Below are positions 7,510 through 15,412 of a stretch of 64,000 bases of DNA, one piece after another (position 1 is the stretch's first letter; every line of letters starts with the position of its first letter). The position numbers and the translations under genes are program-made. The notes below the pieces were generated by a model. It saw nothing but the letters and a program-made list of their open reading frames with translations, was not told where the DNA came from and ran no database searches. The DNA comes from Rickettsiales bacterium (GTDB lineage: Bacteria; Pseudomonadota; Alphaproteobacteria; Rickettsiales; UBA1997): NCBI GenBank assembly GCA_017999675.1, contig JAGNLL010000001.1, positions 196,472 to 260,471 of the forward strand, read 5' to 3'.

Positions 7510-7645
7510 TAGCGCTGGACGGGGTTTGTAACCCCGTCCGAAACGTTCAGTTCCAAAATCTTCTAAACCACTTGAGACATGAACGGGTGGACGGGGTTAC
7601 AAACCCCGTCCAGCAGAAGGTTTGTAACCCCGTCCACACGTTCAC
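7510..7645. repeat. Palindromic repeat family C, cluster of three hairpin units
   Basis: GGACGGGGTTTGTAACCCCGTCC (7517-7539) plus GAAACGTTCAGTTCC; then ATGAACGGGTGGACGGGGTTACAAACCCCGTCC (to 7611) plus AGCAGAAGG; then TTTGTAACCCCGTCCACACGTTCA (to 7644). Confidence 0.85.
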
Positions 7646-7651
7646 TAAAAG

Positions 7652-9202
7652 CTAAATCATGTTTTTTGGGTTAACCCATTCCTCAAATTGCGCTTCGGTT
7701 AAAAGGCCTGAAGCCAGTGCTGCCGCTTTTAGAGTGGTACCTTCCTTGTGCGCTTTTTTGGCAATTTTTGCAGCTGAGTCGTAGCCAATGTAGGGGTTAA
7801 GTGCGGTGACAAGCATTAGAGATTGGTCGAGAAGTTGCGTAATACGCTCGCGATTTGCCTCAATTCCGACCAAGCATTGGTCAACAAAACTGTTAATTCC
7901 GTCGTTTAACAAATTGAGCGATTCAATGACGTTGCGAATAATCATTGGGCGAAAAACGTTGAGTTCAAAATGTCCGTTCGAGCCGCCAATCGTTACAGCA
8001 ACGTGGTTTCCCATTACTTGGCAAGCAATCATTGTTAGCGCTTCACACTGCGTTGGGTTAACTTTACCCGGCATTATTGAAGAGCCTGGTTCGTTTTCAG
8101 GTAAGCTGATTTCACCCAAACCCGAACGTGGGCCCGAAGCCAAAAAGCGAATGTCGTTGGCAATTTTCATTACTGAAGTTGCGAGTGAATTTAGTGAGCC
8201 AGAAAAATTCACTAGCTCGTCGTTACAAGCCAAAGCGAAGAATTTATTTTTGTTGGTGTAGAAGCTGTCAGCGTGGTCTAATCCCAGTTTAGCAAGGTTT
8301 GAATCTTTTACCTTCCACACACCATCTGCCAAAGTGGTGCGACCTAAATCTAAATTTAAAACTTTTTGGTGTAGTGCTTTTAGACCAGAAACTTCGGTGA
8401 TTTTTTCAGCAAAATTCACTGCAAATTTTGGGTGACAATTAAGCCCAGTTCCAACTGCAGTGCCGCCTTGAGCCAAATGGACCACGTAAGAAAGCGACTG
8501 AGAAATAAACACTGCCGCTGTTTGAATTTGCACTTTGTAGGCTGAAAATTCTTGGCCCAAAGTCACTGGTGTTGCGTCTTGGGTGTGGGTGCGACCGATT
8601 TTAATAATGTCTAAAAACTCGGCTTCCTTTTTACCTAACTCATTGGCAAAGCGCACCAAAGTTGGTAGCAATTTCTCGTAAGTTGTAAGAACAGCTGCCA
8701 CGTGCATTGCGGTTGGGAAAGTGTCGTTTGAACTTTGTCCCAAATTTACGTGGTCGTTTGGATGCACCGGAGATTTTCCACCTTTTTGTCCAGTCACTTT
8801 TTCATTGGCAACTGAAGCAATTACCTCGTTGGTATTCATGTTGGTTTGAGTACCAGAGCCGGTTTGCCAAACTACGAGAGGAAAATGATTTTCGTAAAAC
8901 CAATCGAATTTGGCGAGGATTGTGTCAACCGCGTCAACAATTTTGTCGGCTAAATCGGGAGAGAATTTTTTGAACTCGTCAGATTTTGGATCAGCTGCCA
9001 TTAAGTCTTTGTTGGTAAGAGCCGCCGCTTTTTTGATTAGCAACATTGCGCGCACAACTTCTTTTGGCATTTTGTGGCCAGGGTTGTCGTTGCAGATTGG
9101 AAAGTTTTGTACAGAGCGCTGTGTTTGCGCGGCGTAGTAGGCGTCAAAAGGCACTTGAATTTCGCCGAAAGAGTCAGATTCAATACGAAAGTTTTTTGTC
9201 AT
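7652..9202 (-). CDS. fumC: Class II fumarate hydratase with lineage-specific insertions
   Basis: 516 aa. Motifs: [41 protein letters not shown], and a C-terminus [29 protein letters not shown] close to E. coli FumC. About 40 extra residues sit between ..ITEVSGLK and NKNKFFAL. Confidence 0.93.
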   Translation of the reverse strand: MTKNFRIESDSFGEIQVPFDAYYAAQTQRSVQNFPICNDNPGHKMPKEVVRAMLLIKKAAALTNKDLMAADPKSDEFKKFSPDLADKIVDAVDTILAKFDWFYENHFPLVVWQTGSGTQTNMNTNEVIASVANEKVTGQKGGKSPVHPNDHVNLGQSSNDTFPTAMHVAAVLTTYEKLLPTLVRFANELGKKEAEFLDIIKIGRTHTQDATPVTLGQEFSAYKVQIQTAAVFISQSLSYVVHLAQGGTAVGTGLNCHPKFAVNFAEKITEVSGLKALHQKVLNLDLGRTTLADGVWKVKDSNLAKLGLDHADSFYTNKNKFFALACNDELVNFSGSLNSLATSVMKIANDIRFLASGPRSGLGEISLPENEPGSSIMPGKVNPTQCEALTMIACQVMGNHVAVTIGGSNGHFELNVFRPMIIRNVIESLNLLNDGINSFVDQCLVGIEANRERITQLLDQSLMLVTALNPYIGYDSAAKIAKKAHKEGTTLKAAALASGLLTEAQFEEWVNPKNMI

Positions 9203-9236
9203 TTTTTTAAGGTTGGTTAAAGGTTAAAAAATTTAA

Positions 9237-9339
9237 TAGGTCCCCGAGCAAAGGCCGCAGGCCGTCGTCGAGGGGCCGGAACACGAGATCTGTCTTCGGG
9301 CCCCTCGACGACGGCCTGCGGCCTTTGCTCGGGGACCTA
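9237..9339. repeat. Palindromic repeat family E, copy 1 (103 nt)
   Basis: TAGGTCCCCGAGCAAAGGCCGCAGGCCGTCGTCGAGGGGCC ... GGCCCCTCGACGACGGCCTGCGGCCTTTGCTCGGGGACCTA. The second copy is at 20923..21024. Confidence 0.9.
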
Positions 9340-9350
9340 TTTAGGACTTC

Positions 9351-10193
9351 TTAAGAAACGCAGATTTTTACAAACTCCTCAACATCCAAGCTGGCCTTGC
9401 CCACAAGCAATCCATCAACCCCGTCAATTGCGAGAATTTCTTGCGAATTTTGTGACGTCACCGAGCCACCGTAAAGCATGAAATATTCTTTGGCGCGCCC
9501 TGCAAACTTTTCGGTGAAAACTTTTTTAAACAAATGTGCCATTTCGGCAATCTGCGTGGTTGTTGGTGTCACACCGGTTCCAATCGACCAAATTGGTTCG
9601 TAGGCAATTACCATTTTTTCAAATTGCGCGCTTGTTGAAATTGAATTCATTAGCTGCTTGTAAACAAATTCTAAATGTTTGCCGGAATCGCGAACTTCTT
9701 TACTTTCGCCCACACAAATAATTGGCGTAATTTTTTGCGCCAAGGCGGCGTCAACTTTTTTAGCTACAATTTCGTTAGTTTCTAAAAATTGCTCACGGCG
9801 CTCGCAGTGGCCTAAAATAACGTATCCACAGCTTACCGCGGCCAACATTTCAGCACTGACGCTTCCGGTAAAAGAGCCCGAATTTTCAAAATGACAATCT
9901 TGCGCACCAAGTTTTATTGGACGCTCTTTTAATAAAATTTCGTTGAGCTCTTCTGGGCTAAATTCTGAAAAATCTCGACCATCTTCTTTCATTAAAAATT
10001 CTAACTTTTCAAAGCCGTCACCCATTAGCTCGCTGTCAATGTAGTCGAGCATTAAGAATGACGGGCACAGCACCATTTCAACATCTTTTAGCTGTTCGTA
10101 TTTTTCAGAGTAATTTTGAAAAAACCCGTCAAGCCAAGCGTCCGTTTCGTCAAAGGCGTGGTTCATTTTCCAGTTTGCTGCGATGATTTTCAT
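9351..10193 (-). CDS. tpiA: Triosephosphate isomerase (with a ~30-aa insertion)
   Basis: 280 aa. Motifs: ANWKMN, ILGHCERR, AYEPIWSIGTG, YGGSV. Confidence 0.9.
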   Translation of the reverse strand: MKIIAANWKMNHAFDETDAWLDGFFQNYSEKYEQLKDVEMVLCPSFLMLDYIDSELMGDGFEKLEFLMKEDGRDFSEFSPEELNEILLKERPIKLGAQDCHFENSGSFTGSVSAEMLAAVSCGYVILGHCERREQFLETNEIVAKKVDAALAQKITPIICVGESKEVRDSGKHLEFVYKQLMNSISTSAQFEKMVIAYEPIWSIGTGVTPTTTQIAEMAHLFKKVFTEKFAGRAKEYFMLYGGSVTSQNSQEILAIDGVDGLLVGKASLDVEEFVKICVS

Positions 10194-10196
10194 TTT

Positions 10197-11285
10197 TTAT
10201 TTTAAATTGATTAATTGATTTAACTCTTCGCCAAACACTTGGCGGCGCCATCCGGTGACAATTTGGTCGAAAGAATTTTTGTCACAAATAATTTTTTTTA
10301 GGTCTGAACTGGTGAGTAAAAACTGCTCTTGAAAATTTTTGGTTTTGGCAATTTTGGCGATTAAATTTTTGCCTTCAGAAAATAAATTTTTCTGTTTTGT
10401 GGTCATTGGTGCTTCGCTTTTTGCAAGAATAATTTCTTCCAGCGCAAAATCTTTTTCGTGCAAAATTTCGCGAATTTCTTCACTCATTTCAGCAGTAAAA
10501 TTTTGCGTAATTTCTTGCCCCAAAGCCATTCTTTCAAGAATTTCGTCACGAATAAAATGCTGGCGCGGAACGTTGATTTTTCTGGCCCAAACCTCACGCC
10601 ACAAAATTAGATTTTTAATTTTAGCAATTTGCGCGTCTGACTTGCCGCGAAAAGAAAAATTTTTACTCAAACTTTCATCCGACTTGAGTAAATTTTTATT
10701 CACGAAATTTTGCATTTCTTCCAAAAACCAATTTAGGCGATTTTTTTGGGTGAGAATTTCGAGAAATTTTTCGTAAATTTCTTCCAAAAAAAACACGTCC
10801 AAAAGCGCGTATTCAATTTGCTTGGCACTAAGCGGACGAATTTGCCAATTGCTGCGCTGCTGCTTTTTGTCGAGCTGTTCGCCAAAAAGCGATTCAACTA
10901 AATTTGAGTAGCCCACATTAAACCCCAGCTCGCAAAAATTTGCCATTACTTGAGTGTCCACCACACCTTGCGGCATTTGGCCTGAAAGCTGATTAAAAAT
11001 TTGCAAATCTTGTGCGCAGGAATGCAAAATTTTGGTGATTTTTGGGTCAGAAATAATTGCCAAAAAATCGCTTAAATCAACGTCGCACAGGCAGTCAATA
11101 ATGAATGACTCTTTGACGCCTTCTAAGTTTTTTACCGCAATTTGAATGATTGAAAGAATTGGGTAGTAAGTGGTTTCGCGAGTAAATTCGGTGTCGAGCG
11201 CAACAATTTTTGCCTGTTTAATTAGGTCAATTGCGCGCTGCAATTTTGCCTGCGAGTTAATGTAAAAGTTTTGAGAATTATGCAC
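10197..11285 (-). CDS. rnd: Ribonuclease D
   Basis: 362 aa. DEDDy 3'-5' exonuclease motifs (ALDTEF, HSCAQDL, YALLDV) followed by an HRDC-like region. Confidence 0.85.
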   Translation of the reverse strand: MHNSQNFYINSQAKLQRAIDLIKQAKIVALDTEFTRETTYYPILSIIQIAVKNLEGVKESFIIDCLCDVDLSDFLAIISDPKITKILHSCAQDLQIFNQLSGQMPQGVVDTQVMANFCELGFNVGYSNLVESLFGEQLDKKQQRSNWQIRPLSAKQIEYALLDVFFLEEIYEKFLEILTQKNRLNWFLEEMQNFVNKNLLKSDESLSKNFSFRGKSDAQIAKIKNLILWREVWARKINVPRQHFIRDEILERMALGQEITQNFTAEMSEEIREILHEKDFALEEIILAKSEAPMTTKQKNLFSEGKNLIAKIAKTKNFQEQFLLTSSDLKKIICDKNSFDQIVTGWRRQVFGEELNQLINLK

Positions 11286-11419
11286 TGAAATTTGACTGTA
11301 AAATTATTTTCACCTCGCATCTAAAATCTAAAACCTGATTTCTTGACATTAGTTAAGTAAAAAATAAATCTTTTCGATGCTTTACAACAAATTTCCAACA
11401 ACTTTATCGAGATAAAAAA

Positions 11420-11950
11420 ATGTTTAAAAAACTACTCACACTTGCAGCCGTTTTTGCCTTAATTTCTTGCTCTAGCAAAGTTAAAACAGATGACTCAGCC
11501 GAAACTACCGAAGTAAAAATTGAAGATAAATCAACCGAACAAAATAACTACCAAGCCATTGCTGACGCTGAAACAGCTGCCGCCATGGACAAAAAAACTC
11601 AAGTTGAAATTCAAGAAATTGAAGTTCAAGACCGCGTTCTTTTTGGCTACGATTCTGCTGAATTAACTGACGCCGCTAAAGAAATTCTTAACACCCAAGT
11701 TGCTTGGTTAAAAAGCGACGCCGCTCTTAACATTACAATCGAAGGCCATTGCGACGAACGCGGAACTCGCGAATACAACATTGCTTTAGGTGAAAAAAGA
11801 GCCAATGCCGCTAAATCTTACCTAACCGCAAACGGTGTTGAAGCCGCAAGAATTAAAGTGGTTTCTTTTGGTAAAGAACGCCCAGCATTTTTTGGCACTA
11901 GCGACGATGTAATGGCTAAAAATAGAAGAGCTGTTGCGGTGGTTAACTAA
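11420..11950 (+). CDS. pal: Peptidoglycan-associated lipoprotein Pal (OmpA-family)
   Basis: 176 aa. Lipobox LISC and an OmpA-like domain (FGYDSAEL...IEGHCDERGTREYNIALGEKRA...SFGKERP). Confidence 0.9.
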   Translation: MFKKLLTLAAVFALISCSSKVKTDDSAETTEVKIEDKSTEQNNYQAIADAETAAAMDKKTQVEIQEIEVQDRVLFGYDSAELTDAAKEILNTQVAWLKSDAALNITIEGHCDERGTREYNIALGEKRANAAKSYLTANGVEAARIKVVSFGKERPAFFGTSDDVMAKNRRAVAVVN

Positions 11951-11969
11951 TTTTAATCTCTAAAAAACA

Positions 11970-12012
11970 AAAAAAGCCGAGCCTTTTTAAATAAAGGCTC
12001 GGCTTTTTTTGT
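11970..12012. terminator. Bidirectional rho-independent terminator between convergent genes
   Basis: AAAAAAAGCCGAGCCTTTTTAAATAAAGGCTCGGCTTTTTTT. The 11-12 bp stem is flanked by an A run and a T run. Confidence 0.8.
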
Positions 12013-12031
12013 TTAGTGCAACTCGTCATTT

Positions 12032-15000
12032 TTAGCGTAACTGAGCAATCCACATTCTCGACACCTTCTCCGCCAAAGAATTTTGCTCACAGCGATTGTG
12101 TAAATGCGCAAAATCAAAGCGATCCATGTTTTGATCTTGGTCGCCGCAAGAATAAAAATATTCCTCCTCACCTTTTTCATTTTGTCTTTTTTGCAAACAT
12201 TGCGAACACACGCCTTTCAACATGCATTGCATTGGAGCGTTGAGGCTGGCGGTTGCAACTGGGGCTTTAGAAATTGATTCGACTAAATTTTCAGCGCGCA
12301 ATTTTGCCACCGCGTGCATCATTTGGTCGTTGCCAATTGTAAAAATGCGGTCGATTTTTTCAGGGTTTTTTGTGAAGTGATTTTTTAAAGCCTCAATCAC
12401 TGAGCCTTCAAAACAGTAGTTTGAGGCTTTCTCAAATTTCAAATTCGGCAATTCTTCTTCAATTGCACAAACCAAAATTTCACAAGAATTTTCCATTCTT
12501 TGTTGCCTAACAATTGACGAATTTTTGCGATATCCCGCAAAAAAAATCACGCGGCAACCGTTTTGTTTGTAAGCCTCAGCCAGTGCAGTTAAAGGCTGAT
12601 TACCGCGCCCTCCCCCAATTAAAACCACAGTTTCATTTTGTGGAATTTCATTTGGCTTGCCACTTGGGCCCATGAAAATGCAGGGTTCGCCCGTTTTAAA
12701 ATTTTGAATCAAACTTGTTGAGCCACCAGTTTCAAGAACAATACCACTAATAATTCCGCGCTCGCAATCAATTGACAAAGCCGTGACGGGAACACCTTCC
12801 ATTGCTAACAATTGGTCGCCAACTTTTGGCGCCAATGCGTGATAATTTTGCAGTCGAAAAATTTGACCAACGTGAGTTTGTTTTGCCAAAAGTGGGGCCT
12901 TGATGAAAACCTCAACCACGTGGTCTGAAAGCCTGTCGATTTTTTCGATTTTGACTAAAAATTCAGAATTTATTTTTTTCAAAAACTCAAAAACCAAAAC
13001 CGTCGGTTGAGCGGAGTCGAAACCACCGGAAGGTTCCTGCTGTGAAAGTTCTGAATCAGGAACCTTCCGTTGGTTTCGACTCCGCTCAACCGACGGTTTT
13101 GGGGGTGACGGTTCTGTTTCTGACGGTTTTTGTGAGGCAAGTAATCTGCTAATCTGTGAATAACCCATCTTCGCACTGGCCATTGCCTTCACCACATTAC
13201 CTTCAAAACTTGGATGCAAATCGCCAAAAAAACTCACCACTTTTTGCGAGTTTTCGTCAATTTTTGTAATCACACTTCCCTGCTCAAGTGCTTTAAAATA
13301 TTTGCCCTCAAGCTTGAAATCTAGCCCATCTTCAAGCACTGGCGCAATGTTTGGAGTGGTGCCTGCCGCAACTAAAAGTGATTTGCAGGCAAAGTTTTTT
13401 CCTTCAGCGCATTTCAAATTTTTAATGTAGCCAAATTGGTCGGTTTCAACTTCGAGTGGCGTAATATTTTCAACAAATTCTACACCTTCTGCGAAAGCTT
13501 TGCTCAGCTCTTGGTGGTTTAATCTGTAAGCTGGAGAGTCTTGAATTTTTTTGCGGTAGAGAATTTTTACGCCACCCCATTTTTTTAATAACTCGCTAGA
13601 GTCACCATTACGTAGCTCTGCGGCGTGATTCAAAAATTCTTCAGCAATAATTTTTTCTTCTGCATTTAACGCCGCCCAAATTTTTTCTTTACCAATTGCC
13701 GCAAATTTTTTTTCAAATTTTCTGATTTGGGTAATGTAATAAGCCTGCGCTTCGCAAGCGGTGTCTGTTGCCGTAAGCCCTCCGCCAATCACCGCAATTG
13801 GCATTCTGATTTGCAAATTGGTGAATAATTCTTCTTTAAAAGCTCCAGTTAATTGTAGCGACATTAAAAAATCTGAAGCCGAACGCACACCTTTAGCAAA
13901 GTTATTTTTCAGATTAATAATATTAGGCCGACCCGCGCCAATACAAAGCGCAACATGGTCGAATCCGTAATTTTCAAAAGCAATTTTGTCGGTAATTGAC
14001 GAGCCAAAACGAATGCCACCAAACATTCTAAAATTTTCTCTGCGCTCTAAAAGTAGGCGAATCACTTTCAAAAAATTCTTGTCGAAACGCACCGTAATGC
14101 CATATTCCGCAACGCCGCCAAAACCATGAACCAAGCGTCTTGAGAGTGGCTCGTAAATTTCGTCTAAAAATTTAATTGGTTTAAATTTTTGGCGATTTCC
14201 AAATTCGTCAATGCCAGAAATTTGCGAATTTAGCGGCTCAATTTTAAGCCCATCAATTGCCACAATCGTGTGACCGTCATTTAACAAATGATGCGCTAGA
14301 GTGTAGCCGGCAGGTCCCAAACCAGCGATTAGAATTTTTTTGCCGGAATTTTCTTTAGGCAAATTTCTCTCCAAATTCAGTGGATTCCAACGCGTTAAAA
14401 GTGAGTAAATTTCAAAGCCAAAAGGCAGCGCCAAAACATCTTTTAGGGTGCGCGTTTCAATTTGTGGAATATCCACCGCGTCTTGTTTTTGGTAAATGCA
14501 CGACTTCATGCAATCGTTGCAAATGCGGTGTCCAGTGCCTGCAATCATTGGGTTGTCAATCACTGCCATTGCAAAAGCGGCGAGCGAAAAACCTTCTGAT
14601 TTTAGCAAATTCATTTCAGAAATTTTTTCATCCAATGGGCAGCCGTGAAGCTCAACTTTAAGTGGATCGATTTTGAATTTTTGAGTTTCTTTGTCGCGAA
14701 TTCCGCTGCGGCAAGAATCTTTTTCCTGCTTGTGACAAAAAATACAGTAATGGGTTTCAGCCAATACCCTGTTGAGCTCGAAGCCTTTGTCGGTTAAGTT
14801 AAAGCCGTCGCGTTTTGATTTTTCAGTGCATGGAGAAATCAAATTTTGGTGGTCGATTTTTTGCGGCAAAATAAAAAGCGCGCCGTTTTTGTGCAAAGCC
14901 CGACCCTTGTCAGAGTAAAGCGCCCAAGTTGTGTAGTTGGTTAAAATTTCTAAATTTTCTTGAGTAGAAATTTTTTCAGCTAGTTGTTTTTCTAGATCGT

Positions 15001-15412
15001 CAACGTCTTCGAAAGTTATTTTTAGATCTTTAAGAACCTTGATCCCATCAGTGCCTGCGACCACATCGCTAAATTTTTTCGAGACATCGCGCTGCACAAA
15101 TTCACGACGAATTTGGTAAATTTTTTGCAGCTCGTCGTGACGTTTTTTTAAGTTAGAATTTTCTTGTTCGATGTTGAAAAGCTCAGCAAGAAATTCTTCA
15201 AGAACCCTTGCTACGTCTATTAGAATTTGCGATTTCTGTACCGCAGTTTTGGTATTAGAATTTTTTAAATCACCAAACTGCGCCGCAATTTCTGGAGATT
15301 TTTCTTCTAAATATTTTTCAAATTTTTGATCTAATTTCACCAAACCTTCACGCGCGTAAAGATCTTCAAAAGTTAGTTCAAACCTAGAGTTAAGAGGATT
15401 TTGTGAGGGCAT
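12032..15412 (-). CDS. Large multidomain Fe-S flavoprotein oxidoreductase (Cys-rich N-terminal region + GltD-like NAD(P)H/FAD domains + PyrK/FNR-like domain with C-terminal 2Fe-2S-type cysteines)
   Basis: 1126 aa. Cys clusters CIFCHKQEKDSC, GCPLDEKISE and CNDCMKSC. Two Rossmann motifs (ILIAGLGPAGYTLA; VIGGGLTATDTA). C-terminal FNR-like barrel and NAD domain (VVLIGGGRGNQP), ending in CMLKGVCSQC...YFYSCGDQD. A family A palindromic element lies in frame at the domain junction. Confidence 0.6.
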   Translation of the reverse strand: MPSQNPLNSRFELTFEDLYAREGLVKLDQKFEKYLEEKSPEIAAQFGDLKNSNTKTAVQKSQILIDVARVLEEFLAELFNIEQENSNLKKRHDELQKIYQIRREFVQRDVSKKFSDVVAGTDGIKVLKDLKITFEDVDDLEKQLAEKISTQENLEILTNYTTWALYSDKGRALHKNGALFILPQKIDHQNLISPCTEKSKRDGFNLTDKGFELNRVLAETHYCIFCHKQEKDSCRSGIRDKETQKFKIDPLKVELHGCPLDEKISEMNLLKSEGFSLAAFAMAVIDNPMIAGTGHRICNDCMKSCIYQKQDAVDIPQIETRTLKDVLALPFGFEIYSLLTRWNPLNLERNLPKENSGKKILIAGLGPAGYTLAHHLLNDGHTIVAIDGLKIEPLNSQISGIDEFGNRQKFKPIKFLDEIYEPLSRRLVHGFGGVAEYGITVRFDKNFLKVIRLLLERRENFRMFGGIRFGSSITDKIAFENYGFDHVALCIGAGRPNIINLKNNFAKGVRSASDFLMSLQLTGAFKEELFTNLQIRMPIAVIGGGLTATDTACEAQAYYITQIRKFEKKFAAIGKEKIWAALNAEEKIIAEEFLNHAAELRNGDSSELLKKWGGVKILYRKKIQDSPAYRLNHQELSKAFAEGVEFVENITPLEVETDQFGYIKNLKCAEGKNFACKSLLVAAGTTPNIAPVLEDGLDFKLEGKYFKALEQGSVITKIDENSQKVVSFFGDLHPSFEGNVVKAMASAKMGYSQISRLLASQKPSETEPSPPKPSVERSRNQRKVPDSELSQQEPSGGFDSAQPTVLVFEFLKKINSEFLVKIEKIDRLSDHVVEVFIKAPLLAKQTHVGQIFRLQNYHALAPKVGDQLLAMEGVPVTALSIDCERGIISGIVLETGGSTSLIQNFKTGEPCIFMGPSGKPNEIPQNETVVLIGGGRGNQPLTALAEAYKQNGCRVIFFAGYRKNSSIVRQQRMENSCEILVCAIEEELPNLKFEKASNYCFEGSVIEALKNHFTKNPEKIDRIFTIGNDQMMHAVAKLRAENLVESISKAPVATASLNAPMQCMLKGVCSQCLQKRQNEKGEEEYFYSCGDQDQNMDRFDFAHLHNRCEQNSLAEKVSRMWIAQLR
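12999..13097. repeat. Palindromic repeat family A, copy 3 (99 nt), inside the oxidoreductase gene and in frame
   Basis: ACCGTCGGTTGAGCGGAGTCGAAACCACCGGAAGGTTCCTGC ... CAGGAACCTTCCGTTGGTTTCGACTCCGCTCAACCGACGGT. Confidence 0.9.

Noticed and set aside
7510-7645. Possible mini CRISPR array (repeated 23-nt palindromic units with short spacers)
   Set aside because: There are only three units, in alternating orientation, with irregular spacing (about 49 and 7 nt) and one truncated. No cas genes are present, and the same unit is dispersed at 4312, 4376 and 4792. This fits REP/BIME-like repeats, not CRISPR.
8255-8377. FumC insertion as a decayed copy of one of the palindromic families
   Set aside because: The DNA is A+T-rich, has only a 7-nt terminal inverted repeat, and shows no similarity to families A-F at nucleotide or peptide level. 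It is kept only as a lineage-specific insertion.
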